Assembly (NCBI RefSeq): GCF_035084215.1
Contig: NC_090366.1
Location: 13,888,001-13,952,000, forward strand
DNA: 64,000 bases
Direction of reading: 5' to 3'
Origin: Heptranchias perlo
Lineage: Eukaryota
In this document: one piece after another, positions 1-11,739 of the stretch
How positions within the stretch are numbered: position 1 is the first letter of the stretch
Layout: every line of letters begins with the position of its first letter
Position numbers and translations under genes: made by a program
The notes under the pieces: generated by a model
What the model was told of the DNA's origin: nothing
Seen by the model: the letters and a program-made list of their open reading frames with translations, nothing else
Database searches by the model: none

Positions 1-619
1 AGTTGTAAAGGAGCCTGCGAGCCATGTGATAGAAACACATGGAAATGTTTGTTAGACGTCCCCCAGTGAGGCCAGGAAAACCGCACGTCCGATCCCGGGT
101 CTGTGCTGAGTCAGCCGGTCTTAGCCACGGCCCCGTCTCCCACCTGTCCCCCCCCCCCACGCTCCAGAGGGCAAGATCAAGGTGGGCCGTGGTGCCTTCC
201 ACAGTCAAATAGCTCCTTGGCACTCAATGCCCAGGGCTCCACAATTGAGGAACAAGCCAATTGCACCCTGGGGGCCAGATCCCAGAGTGAAAGATTGAAC
301 TCATTGGGTAGCTCGTTTCAGGGAGCCGGCACAGGCACGATGGGCCGAATGGCCTTCTCCTGTGCTATGATACTATGAGCTGTTGCCTTCAGAATGGGAG
401 GCAAGCACATCCATTGCTATTTCCTGTTAAATTTCGAGGAACTTTTGCACTGTATGTTTCGTGATAAAAGTGGGGGTCGGGGGGCATTTGGTAGCAAATT
501 GACCTTTGAGTTGCAAGATTCTGGGTTCAAGCCCCACTCTGGGCCCTAAGCACAAAGTTTAGGCCGACATTCTCGGTGGAGGGCAGCACCTTCCGGTGAG
601 AGGTTAACTTTTTTCTAAT

Positions 620-1445
620 TCATCCTCGGGGATGTGGGCGTCGCTGGCCAGGCCCGGCATTTATTGCCCAGCTCCTAGATGCCCCTTGAGAAGGTGGTGG
701 TGAGCCGCCTTCTTGAACCACTGCGGCCCGTGTGGTGACGGTTCTCCCGCAGCGCTGCTCGGGGAGGGGGAGTTCCAGGATTTTGACCCAGCGACGACGA
801 AGGAACGGCCGATGTATTTCCAAGTCGGGGCGGTGCGTGTGACTCGGAGGGGAACTCGGAGGTGGCGTTGTTCCCATGCGCCCGCTGCCCTTGTCCTTCT
901 AGGTGGTGGTGGTCACGGGATTGGGAGGTGCTGTCGAAGAAGTTAATCCTGTGGACAGTAGACACTGCAGTCATGGTGCGCCGGTGGTGGAGGGAATTTA
1001 AGGAGGTGGGCTGACTGCCGATCGAGCGGACTGATTCGCCCCTCGATAGCGCCGTGGGCATCTAGGGGATGGGCAATAAACACCAGCCTTGCTGGCGACG
1101 CCCACATCCCCAGAATGAAGCCAAAAAAAAATCACCAGCGAACAGCCCCACATCTGATGGAGGGACGGTCATTGATGAAGCAGCTGAAGATAGTTTGGGC
1201 CTAGGACGGTGCTCTGAGGAACTCCTGGGGCTGAGATGATCGGCCTCCAACGACCGCTACCATCTCCCTTTGCGCTCGGTGTGACTCCAGGCACTGGAGG
1301 GTTTCCCCCTCTGATTCCCATTGATCAATTTTACCAGGGGTTCCTTGGTGCCACACTCGGTCAAACGCTGCCTTGACGTAGCAGGCGGTCACTCTCGCCT
1401 CACCTCTAGAATTCAGCCTCTTGTGTCCGTTTTTGGACCAACGAG
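620..1445. mobile_element. Degraded fragments of the Zenon-like LINE
   Basis: Matches 43050-43450 (GGGATGTGGGCGTCGCTGG..TTTATTGCCC); KAAFDRVWHQG on minus. Confidence 0.75.
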
Positions 1446-1519
1446 GCCTGAGGCCTAGTGGTTCAGGCATCCGATTTGTATCTCTATACTCTTGCAATTT
1501 CCTCTTATCTTTCTTTCAG

Positions 1520-1607
1520 CCAGGCACACCAGGTTGATAATCATTGTTGTCATTGTTCTGCTGGCCTTCCTCACTGTGGTAGTTGTCGTCTTCCTCATTC
1601 TCAGGTG
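1520..1607 (+). CDS. CD22: CD22-like transmembrane exon (RHTRLIIIVVIVLLAFLTVVVVVFLILRW)
   Basis: ttctttcAG acceptor, 23-residue hydrophobic run, TG|GTAAGT donor (phase 2). Confidence 0.9.
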
Positions 1608-4600
1608 GTAAGTACATTCCCAGTGGAATTTCTGTAACTCGGTCTTTTGCTTTCCCATTGTTTGCCCCTTCCCTCCTGGTTTTGGTCCATTCCATAAGCC
1701 TTGGAATCTCATCCGAAGAGATTTTCCGGATCATTAGCGAGGTGGGGTGCTGGCGAGGGAAGAACTGCCCAAACCCTGGTCACCACCAGATATCTCCAAA
1801 GGTAACGGCCGTTGACATACAAACGTACCAAAATGAGGGGCAGGAAAAGACCAGGTGGTCCATCAAGCCTGCCCCACACCTCATGAAGGCTGGACCATCG
1901 AGTCTAGACACTTTCAACCCTCCCTCCCCACAGTCACGGAATCTCCTGGGAGAGGCACAAAGACCAGAGATAAACTCCCAGGGCCAATAAAATACTCTGG
2001 GAAATCCCTCTCCGACTCCCTCAGGCGATCGAACCCCACTCCAGGAGATCACACGGACCGTGTGTTATCTATAAAGACACTTATCTTCTGTACGATGCCA
2101 TCTCTGCCCCAGTCAGGGATCGGTCCAGCTCCCTCTCGAAGGCAAACAGAGAGTCAGCGTCAATCACACCAGCCGGAAACTCATTCCAGGGGATCACTAC
2201 TCTCTGGGTTAAAGAGGAACAGCCCAACTCCCGGTCTATTCCAACTTCCTGCGGTGTTTAAACTCATGTCCCAATCTGTCAAACTGGAATAATCTCTCAA
2301 ATGAATCATAGAATGGTTACAGCACAGAAGGAGGCCATTTGGCCTGTCGAGCCCGTGCTGGCTCTTTGTAAGGGCAATCCAGTTAGTCCCACTCCCCCGC
2401 CCTATCCCCGTAGCCCTGCAAATTTTTTCCCTTCAAGTACTTATCCAGTTCCCTTTTGAAGGCCACGATTGAATCTGCCTCCACCACCCCCTCGGGAGGC
2501 TCATTCCAGGTCAAAACCACTCGCTGCGTAAAAAAGTTTTTCCTCATGTCACCTTTGGTTCTTTTGCCAATCACCTTAAATCTGTGTCCTCTGGTTCTCG
2601 ACCCTTCCACCAATGGGAACAGTTTCTCCTTATTTACTTTATCTAAACCGGTCATGATTTTGAACACCTCGATCAAATCTCCTCTCAACCGTCTCTGCTC
2701 CAAGGAGAACAACCCCAGCTTCTCCAGTCCATCCACATAACTGAAGTCCCTCATCCCTGGAACCATTCAAGTAAATCTCTTCTGCACCCTCTCCAAGGCC
2801 TTCACATCCTTCCTAAAGTGCGGTGCCCAGAATTGGACATTGTGCCCTCTAGACATGTAATCTAACCCTTGCGTTATTTTCTAAACCTCTATCAGGTTGC
2901 CTCCAAGTCCAGGCTGCTGCAGAGTGAATAGACCCAGATCTATAAGCCAAGCAGAGTACTAAACTAGGCAACATTCTCATTGATATCCTCTGAACCTTTT
3001 CCAAGGCCCATTAAATCGCCCATCGTGTGAGGGGATAATGGCCAGGGTTTAGAAAAAGGTGTTTCATTCTCTCTTCCCTAACCCAGGAGATCACTTCAGG
3101 ACTCAAAGTGCTAACAGTAGGAACAGGAGGAGGCCATTCAGCCCCTCGAGCCCGTCCCGCCATTCAATGAGGTCACGGCTGACATAGGTAAGGGAACAGA
3201 GATGGGACCGGGGATCTTTCTGCCCTCTATGCTCAGCCAATCACAGGATGAACATAATCATTTTACAAAAGGATCCAATAGCCAAAAGCAATCAACAGAC
3301 GTCAGTGGATGCTGATAAAAAAAGTGTGCAGGATCCTTGCCTTTATTAATAGAGGCACAGAGTACAAAAGCAAGGAAGTTATCGCTAAACCCTTTATAAA
3401 ACTCTGGTTCGACCTCAGCTGGAGTATTGTGTCCAACTCTGGGCACCGCACTTTAGGAAGGATGTCAAGGCCTTGGAGAGGGTGCGGAGGAGATTTACCA
3501 GAATGGTCCCAGGGATGAGGGACTTCAGTTATGTGGAGAGACTGGAGAAGCTGGGATTGTTCTCCTCAGAGCAGAGAAGGTTAAGGGGAGATTTAATCGA
3601 GGGGTTCAAAATCACGAATGGGTTTTGATAGAGTAAATAAGGAGAAACTGTTTCCAGTGGCAGGAGGGTCGGTAACCAGAGGACACAGATTTAAGGTAAT
3701 TGGGAAAAGAACCAGAGGGGGAGATGAGGAGAATTTTTTTTACGCAGCGAGTTGTTCTGATCTGGAATGCGCTGCCTGAAAGGGCGGTGGAAGCAGATTC
3801 AATAATAACTTTCAAAAGGGGGAATTGGATAAATACTTGAAGGGGAAAAATTTGCAGGGGAAAGAGCAGGGGGGAGTGGGACTAATTGGATAGCTCTTTC
3901 AAAGAGCCAGCACAGGCACGATGGGCCGAATGGCCTCCTCCTGTGCTGTATCATTCTATGACTCCATGACCCCCAAACCCTTCCCATTCCATGAGAGATT
4001 ATTCTGCAAATCCTCTCGCTCATTCGAAGGAAAATATCTGATGCTAGCGGCTGAATTTCCTCCCTGGAATATTTATGTGCACTGCTGTTTCCTTAAGGAA
4101 GAAAACTAAGACGGATTCTCTCAACCAACCAGATACGGATATCGGTCACACTGTCTACAGCGTGATCATGAAACACAATAAGGTAAATGAAACCACAGCG
4201 TGAAAGAAAGAACCTGCATTTCTATCAAGCCTTTCACCACCTCAGGACGTCCCAAAGCCCCTTTACAGACAATGAAATACTTTTTGAAGTGTGGTCACTG
4301 TTGTAATGTAGGAAACGCGGCAGCCAATTTGCGCACAGCAAGATCCCACGAACGGCAATGTGATAAATGACCAGATCATCTGTTGGTTGAGGGATAAATA
4401 TCGGCCCAGGACACCGGGGAGAACTCCCCCCTGCTCTTCTTCCAATAGTGGCCGTGGGATCTTTTACGTCCACCTGAGAGGGCAGACGGGGGCTTCGGTT
4501 TAATGTCTCATTCGAAAGACGGCCCCTCCGACAGTGCGGCACTCCTTCGGTACTGACCCTCCGACATTGCAGCACTCCCTCGGTATTGACCCTCCGACAG

Positions 4601-7600
4601 TGCAGCACTCCCTCAGTACTGACCCTCCGACAGTGCAGCACTCCCTCAGTACTGACCCTCCGACAGTGCAGCGCTCCCTCAGTACTGACCCTCCGACAGT
4701 GCAGCACTCCCTCAGTACTGACCCTCCGACAGTGCAGCGCTCCCTCAGTACTGACCCTCCGACAGTGCAGCACTCCCTCAGTACTGACCCTCCGACAGTG
4801 CAGCGCTCCCTCAGTACTGACCCTCCGACAGTGCAGCACTCCCTCAGTACTGACCCTCTGACAGTGCAGCGCTCCCTCAGTACTGACCCTCCGACAGTGC
4901 GGCGCTCCCTCAGTACTGACCCTCCGACATTGCAGCACTCCCTCGATACTGACCCTCTGACAGTGCAGCGCTCCCTCAGTACTGACCCTCCGACATTGCA
5001 GCACTCCCTCGATACTGACCCTCTGACAGTGCAGCGCTCCCTCAGTACTGACCCTCCGACATTGCAGCACTCCCTCGATACTGACCCTCTGACAGTGCAG
5101 CGCTCCCTCAGTACTGACCCTCCGACATTGCAGCACTCCCTCGATACTGACCCTCTGACAGTGCAGCGCTCCCTCAGTACTGACCCTCCGACAGTGCAGC
5201 GCTCCCTCAGTACTGACCCTCCGACAGTGCAGCGCTCCCTCAGTACTGACCCTCCGACAGTGCAGCGCTCCCTCAGTACTGACCCTCCGACAGTGCGGCG
5301 CTCCCTCAGTACTGACCCTCCGACAGTGCAGCGCTCCCTCAGTACTAGCACTGGGGAGTGTCGGCCTGGATTATGGGCTCAAACATAGAAACATAGAAAA
5401 TAGGAGCAGGAGTCGGCCATTCGGCCCTTCAAGCCTGCTCCGCCATTCAATATGATCATGGCTGATCCTCTATCTCAATACCATATTCCCGCTCTCTCCC
5501 CATACCCCTTGATGCCTTTTGTGTCTAGAAATCTATCGAGCTCCTTCTTAAATATACTCAGTGACTTGGCCTCCACAGCCTTCTGTGGTAGAGAATTCCA
5601 CAGGTTCACCACCCTCTGAGTGAAGAAATTTCTCCTCATCTCAGTTCTAAATGTCCTACCCCGTATCCTGAGACTGTGACCCCTCGTTCTGGACCCCCCA
5701 GCCAGGGGAAACATCCTCCCTGCATCCAGCCTGTCTAGCCCTGTTAGTTAGAATTTTATACATCTCAAGCCTCTGGAGTGGGGGCTCGAGCCCCCGACCT
5801 TCTGTCTCAGGGGTGAGAGTGCGACCTTATGTGGTTGGGTGTCAAATTTTGCTTGCTGACACTGCTGTGAAGCACCTTGGGACGTTTTACTATGTTTAAA
5901 GATGCTGTATAGATATTGCCACTGTTGAGAAGTGAGAGGTGAGAATTGAAATTAATAATCTGCGCTCTGCTTTGCAGTCAAAGGAAAACACAGTGTATGA
6001 AAACATGGTGATGACCGAAGTGATGGCCTCCAACTGCAATCAGAGTCCTCTCCGGCCTGAAGACCGTATCGAGTACGCCTCGATCAACTTTACTCATGGT
6101 TCCAGAGATATCGGAGGACGTCACCAAAAGGATACGGCTTGGTTCGTATCTGCTGCTGGTGCCTTTGTTACCTCCAGACGCCATTATTCCAACGGTCTCC
6201 TGGCCGTCCTCCCATCTCCCACCCTCCGTAAACTCCAGCTCATCCAAAAACTCTGCTGCCCTGCTGTATCCTAACTCGCACCGAGTCCCGTTCACCCATC
6301 ACCCACTGTGCTCGCTGACCCACATTGGCTCCCGGTTCCGGGAACGCCTCGATTTTAAATTCCTCATCCTTGTTTTCAAATCCCTCGCGCCCCCCTTTCC
6401 CTATCTCTGTAACCTCCTCCAGCCCTCCGAGATCTCTGCGCCCCTCCAATCCCGGCCTCCCGCGCAGCCCCCCGATTCCCATCGCTCCGCCATTGGCGGC
6501 CGTGCTTTCAGCTGCCCGGGCCCTGAGCTCTGATGGGGAGGTCACGGAGGGATTCGAACAGGAGGATGGAGAGTTTTAAAATCGAGGCGCGGCCAGACCG
6601 GGAGCCAGTGTCGGTCAGCGAGCACAGGGTGGGTGATGGGGGAACGGGACTCGGTGCGAGTTAGGATACTGTGGGGGGGGGCAGCAGAGTTTTGGATGAG
6701 CTGGAGTTCACGGAGGGCGGGAGATGGGAGGCCAGCCGGGAGAGACAGTCATAATATTTACCTTTTTTTTGACTCTCGCGTTTCCTTTTGAATTTCACAG
6801 GCCGACAGGAAAGGAAAATTCCAGAGTGAATCGGCAGGCTGATGAGAAAGTAATTTATGGCCTTGTACACAAAGCACCTCCTTCAACCAAGGTACAGCAG
6901 GAGATGCGATGGCAATATGAGCTGTTGGATTAAATCATCTGGTTTATGCATTGACTCGGAGGTACAGAGACACCGAAAGCATCGACTGAGCAAATGCCCG
7001 CGTGTATTTTAAAAGCAAAATAATGCGGAAACTGGAAATCTGAAATAAGAACAGAAAATGCAACGGCAGCTCAGCGAGTGAGGCAGCGTCTGTGGAGAAA
7101 GAAACGGAGTTAATGTTTCAGGTCGAAGGCCTCTCGTCCGATATGTGTGTGTGTGTGTGTTTTCATTAACAGCAGACATGTGAGTGGACTGCAGAGTAGC
7201 GAACAGGCCGCATGTCAGATCCGGCTCAGTGGGCCACACCCCGTGAGTCAGAAGGTCGTGGGTTCGAGCCCCCACTCCAGAGACTCGAGCCCCACAATCC
7301 AGGCCGACACTCCCCAGTGCCCAGTACTGAGGGAGCGCCGCACTGTCGGAGGGTCAGTACTGAGGGAGCGCCGCACTGTCGGAGGGTCAGTACTGAGGGA
7401 GCGCCGCACTGTCGGAGGGTCAGTACTGAGGGAGCGCCGCACTGTCGGAGGGTCAGTACTGAGGGAGTGCTGTACTGTCGGAGGGTCAGTACTGAGGGAG
7501 CGCCGCACTGTCGGAGGGTCAGTACTGAGGGAGCGCCGCACAGTCGGAGGGTCAGTACTGAGGGAGTGCTGTACTGTCGGAGGGTCAGTACTGAGGGAGC

Positions 7601-10600
7601 GCCGCACTGTCGGAGGGTCAGTACTGAGGGAGGGCCGCACTGTCGGAGGGTCAGTACTGAGGGAGCGCCGCACTGTCGGAGGGTCAGTACTGAGGGAGGG
7701 CCGCACTGTCGGAGGGTCAGTACTGAGGGATCGCTACGCCGTCGGAGGGTCAGTACTGAGGGAGCGCTGCACTGTCGGAGGGTCAGTACTGAGGGAGCGC
7801 CACACTGTCGGAGGCTCAGTACTGAGGGAGCGCCGCACTGTCGGAGGGTCAGTACTGAGGGAGCGCTGCACTGTCGGAGGGTCAGTACTGAGGGAGCGCC
7901 GCACTGTCGGAGGGTCAGTACTGAGGGAGCGCCGCACTGTCGGAGGGTCAGTACTGAGGGAGCGCCGCACTGTCGGAGGGTCAGTACCGAGGGAGCGCTG
8001 CACTGTCGGAGGGTCAGTACTGAGGGAGCGCTGCACTGTTGGAGGTGCCGTCTTTCGGATGAGACGTTAAACCGAGGCCCCGTCTGCCCTCTCGGGTGGA
8101 TGTAAAAGATCCCACGGCCACTATTTCGAAGAAGAGCAGGGGGGAGTTCTCCCCGGTGTCCTGGGGCCGATATTTATCCCTCAACCAACATCACGAAAAA
8201 AACAGATGATCTGATCATTATCACATTGGTGTTTGCGGGATCTTGCTGTGCGCAATTCGGCTGAATTTGACAATGAAGGTAATCCATTGGCTGTGAAGCA
8301 TTTTGGGATGTCCTGAGTTTGTGAAAGCCGCGATATAAATGCTTCTTATTGTATCTGATGGTCAAAGACCAGCCATCAGTGAAACATAGTGCAGCATCAC
8401 AGGCCTGTAAAAGTAAGAACTTGCCTTTATAGGGCGCCTTTCACGTCCTCAGGACGTCCCGCGGCCAACGAGCGACCTTCTGAGCGGCACGTGCCGCGTG
8501 GGGGAGACGCAGCAGCCGTATATGCGCACAGCAGGATCCCGCAAGCTGCAAACGGATGGATGGTCCCGGTGGTGTTGACAGAGGGACACCCGGGGAGAGA
8601 GCTTCCCTGTTGTTCGATCAGCGCGAAGGCATCTTTAAGCACCCAGTGTGGGGACTGGAGTCACGTGTAGGCCCCAGACCCTGGGGTCAGGGTTCAAGGT
8701 TCATTGACCCCTGATTTTAGTGAACCAGTTGGGTTTTTATGACAACCCGGCGGCCGACGTGGCCAGTTCCGTTTACGTTTGTTCGACAAACGCCCCCGGT
8801 TTATTCAGTTTTATTTTACGGTGGAGTTTGGTGAAAAAGTCCAATTTAGTTTCGCTTGGAATCGACTTGAGCTGGAAACCAACAGCCACAAAAAAAAGAA
8901 ATGGTAGATTTCAGACACGAAAATATTCATTGTGGGTTAGGAAATTAGGCAGTAACGAAGAGTTGCCTCACACCAGCCTGATTGCATCTGCAAATCCTGG
9001 CTGGGTTTTGTAATTTTTCCTGTTACATTTCATCGAGGCGGAAAGTTCAGAAAACGTTTGGTGGGGACTGGACTCAGGATGTAGATCGCACGGAAGTAAG
9101 ATTGAAAAGCAGCTCCACACTTCCCATAAATACTCGGAGGCGAAACATTCGTAGGGCTGTGGGGAAACAGCAGGGGGGGTGGGGGAGCGGGACTAATTGC
9201 TCGTTGGAAGAGCCGGCACAGGCACGATGGGCCGAATGGCCGCCTGCTGTGCTGTAGCATTCTATCATTATGTGAGTCAGGCCAGTTGTCTCATCTCCGC
9301 AGCTCTGACAGTGCGGCGCTCCCTCAGTACTGACCCTCCGATAGTACAGCGCTCCCTCAGTACTGACCCTCCGACAGTGCGGCACTCCCTCAGTACTGAC
9401 CCTCCGACAGTGCGGCGCTCCCTCAGTACTGACCCTCCGACAGTGCGGCGCTCCCTCAGTACTGACCCTCCGACAGTGAGGCGCTCCCTCAGTACTGACC
9501 CTCCGACAGTGCGGCACTCCCTCAGTACTGACCCTCCGACAGTGCGGCGCTCCCTCAGTACTGACCCTCCGACAGTGAGGCGCTCCCTCAGTACTGACCC
9601 TCCGACAGTGCGGCGCTCCCTCAGTACTGACCCTCCGACAGTGCGGCGCTCCCTCAGTATTGACCATCCGACAGTGCAGCGCTCCCTCAGTACTGACCCT
9701 CCCACAGTACAGCGCTCCCTCAGTACTGACCCTCCAACAGTACAGCGCTCCCTCAGTACTGACCCTCCGACAGTATAGCGCTCCCTCAGTACTGACCCTC
9801 CGACAGTGCAGCGCTCCCTCAGTACTGACCCTCCGACAGTGCGGCACTCCCTCATACTGACCCTCCGACAGTGCAGCACTCCCTCAGTACTGACCCTCCG
9901 ACAGTGCAGCGCTCCCTCAGTACTGACCCTCCGACAGTGCAGCACTCCCTCAGTACTGACCCTCCAACAGGGCAGCACTCGCTCAGTACTGACCCTCCGA
10001 CAGGGCAGCACTCCCCCAATAGATCGAATCGGGCCAGGACCTACTCCGTTAATGGTAGGGCGTTGGGGAGAGTTATAGAACAAAGAGATCTAGGAGTACA
10101 GGTTCATAGCTCCTTGAAAGTGGAGTCACAGGTGGATAGGGTGGTGAAGAAGGCATTCAGCATGCTTGGTTTCATTGGTCAGAACATTGAATGCAGGAGT
10201 TGGGATGTCTTGTTGAAGTTGTACAGGGAATTGGTGAGGCCACACTTGGAATACTGTGTACAGTTCTGGTCACCCTATTATAGAAAGGATATTATTAAAC
10301 TAGAAAGAGTGCAGAAAAGATTTACTAGGATGCTACCGGGACTTGATGGTTTGACTTATAGGGAGAGGTTAGACAGACTGGGACTTTTTTCCCTGGAGAG
10401 TAGGAGGTTAAGGGGTGATCTTATAGAAGTCTATAAAATAATGAGGGGCATAGATAAGGTAGACAGTCAAAATCTTTTCCCAAAGGTAGGGGAGTCTATA
10501 ACGAGGGGGCATAGATTTAAGGTGAGATGGGAGAGATACAAAAGGATCCAGAGGGGCAATTTTTTCACTCAAAGGGTGGTGAGTGTCTGGAACGAGCTGC

Positions 10601-11650
10601 CAGGGGCAGTAGTAGAGGCGGGTACAATTTTGTCTTTTAAAAAGCATTTGGACAGTTACATGGGTAAGATGGGTATAGAGGGATATGGGCCAAGTGCAGG
10701 CAATTGGGACAAGCTTACTGGTGTAAACTGGGCGACATGGACATGTTGGGCCGAAGGGCCTGTTTCCATGTTGTAACTTCTATGATTCTATGATACTGAC
10801 CCTCCAACAGGGCAGCACTCCCTCATACTGACCCTCTGACAGTGCAGCACTCCCTCAGTACTGACCCTCCGACAGTGCAGCACTCCCTCAGTACTGACCC
10901 TCCGACAGTGCGGCGCTCCCTCAGTACTGACCCTCCAACAGTGCAGCGCTCCCTCAGTACTGACCCTCCAACAGTACAGCGCTCCCTCAGTACTGACCCT
11001 CCGACAGTGCAGCGCTCCCTCAGTACTGACCCTCCAACAGTGCAGCGCTCCCTCAGTACTGACCCTCCGACAGTGCGGCGCTCCCTCAGTACTGACCCTC
11101 CGACAGTGCGGCGCTCCCTCAGTACTGACCCTCCGACAGTGCGGCGCTCCCTCAGTACTGACCCTCCGACAGTGCGGCGCTCCCTCAGTACTGACCCTCC
11201 GACAGTGCGGCGCTCCCTCAGTACTGACCCTCCGACAGTGCGGCGCTCCCTCAGTACTGACACTGGGGGAGTGCCGGCTGGGATTACGGGGCTCGAGTCT
11301 CTGGAGTCGGGGCTCGAACCCACGACCTTCTGACTCAGAGGCGAGGGATGAAAGACCCACTGAGCCTCGGCTTAAAAGTTCAGAAGAAGCAAAAGTAGAG
11401 GAAGATAAGTAGCCAGCCAGAGCGTGTTTCCCATTCGGGAGTGGCAAACCAACTCATTCTGATTTTGCCCCTGTTACAGCACCAAGCCACCGATGATTAT
11501 GAAAATGTTGGCCATATATACTCAAATGGGGACGACACAAGTGAGGATGAAATCAATTACACCTCAGTTGTGCACGTAAACAAGCCCAGGAACCGTTTGC
11601 AACGACAGGAATCGGAGGAAAGCATCGACTACACCGCCATCAGGTTTTAA
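1520..11650 (+). CDS. CD22: CD22 (Siglec-2)-like receptor, 3' partial gene: join(1520..1607,4098..4182,5978..6141,6801..6891,11480..11650); ectodomain exons lie upstream of the window
   Basis: Five AG/GT-bounded exons with matching phases (1,2,0,2,0) give TM + tail. Tail motif order YENM..EDRIEYASINF / DEKVIYGLVHK / DDYENV..EDEINYTSV..ESIDYTAIRF* parallels human CD22 as recalled (YNPMMEDGISYTTLRF / DDTVTYSALHK / GDYENV..EDEGIHYSEL..ENVDYVILKH). Adjacent to a second Siglec. Confidence 0.8.
2305..3965. mobile_element. CR1 3' fragments (minus 2305-2840; plus 3300-3965)
   Basis: LEKLGLFSLEQRRLRGDLIE..NFFTQRV. Confidence 0.85.
4098..4182 (+). CDS. CD22: CD22-like cytoplasmic exon 1 (KKTKTDSLNQPDTDIGHTVYSVIMKHNK)
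   Basis: tttccttaAG acceptor (phase 2), basic stop-transfer residues, TVYSVI motif, AAG|GTAAAT donor. Confidence 0.85.
4205..5810 (-). mobile_element. tRNA-derived Deu-domain SINE (SacSINE1/AmnSINE-like) with internal 33-bp array (~25 units); head interrupted by a CR1 3' fragment (5384-5760)
   Basis: Deu core GTCTTTCG.ATGAGAC.TTAAACCGA..AAAGATCCCACGGC..CCCCGGTGTCCTGG; L2-like tail; head resumes at ~5765. Confidence 0.8.
5978..6141 (+). CDS. CD22: CD22-like cytoplasmic exon 2 (SKENTVYENM...EDRIEYASINF...DTAW)
   Basis: tttgcAG acceptor (phase 0), YENM and IEYASI motifs; weak donor TG|GTTCGT gives the phase 2 needed for the next exon. Confidence 0.8.
6160..6745. mobile_element. Two L2 LINE fragments in inverted orientation
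   Basis: L2 ORF2 C-terminal region (..RLDFKFLILVFKSL..IGGRAFS) on plus and its reverse complement. Confidence 0.8.
6801..6891 (+). CDS. CD22: CD22-like cytoplasmic exon 3 (PTGKENSRVNRQADEKVIYGLVHKAPPSTK)
   Basis: Long pyrimidine tract + cAG, ITIM VIYGLV, AAG|GTACAG donor. Confidence 0.85.
7222..8350 (+). mobile_element. Full-length Deu-SINE with 33-bp array (~22 units, 7322-8045)
   Basis: A-box-like GGCTCAGTGG, B-box GGTTCGAGCCC, array, Deu core, tail ending ATATAAATGC. Confidence 0.85.
9300..11370 (-). mobile_element. Deu-SINE 5' part with 33-bp arrays split by a CR1 insertion
   Basis: Arrays 9305-10015 and 10795-11260, tRNA-like head ~11270-11370. Confidence 0.8.
10019..10794 (+). mobile_element. 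5'-truncated CR1 LINE (ORF2 C-terminus + 3' UTR) nested in the SINE array
   Basis: QRDLGVQVH..LVRPHLEYCVQFWSPY..RRLRGDLIEVYK..FFTQRVV; TTCTATGATTCTATGA tail. Confidence 0.9.
11480..11650 (+). CDS. CD22: CD22-like last coding exon (HQATDDYENV...EDEINYTSV...ESIDYTAIRF*)
   Basis: ctgttacAG acceptor (phase 0), YENV plus two ITIM-type motifs, TAA at 11648-11650. Confidence 0.88.
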   Translation, partial: HQATDDYENVGHIYSNGDDTSEDEINYTSVVHVNKPRNRLQRQESEESIDYTAIRF

Positions 11651-11739
11651 CCCATTCAGGTACTGTTCCCTGAATAACTCCTGGAGTTAAGGCAACAGGC
11701 AGTAACGGCAGAAACTGCTGGGAACGCACCAAGAAAGGG

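Noticed and set aside
1-1500. Last Ig exon of the CD22-like gene
   Set aside because: No Ig motif with splice sites found; the region is TE fragments, so the ectodomain lies before the window.
7222-7290. tRNA genes at SINE heads
   Set aside because: A/B boxes are present but there is no complete cloverleaf; each is contiguous with a SINE body.
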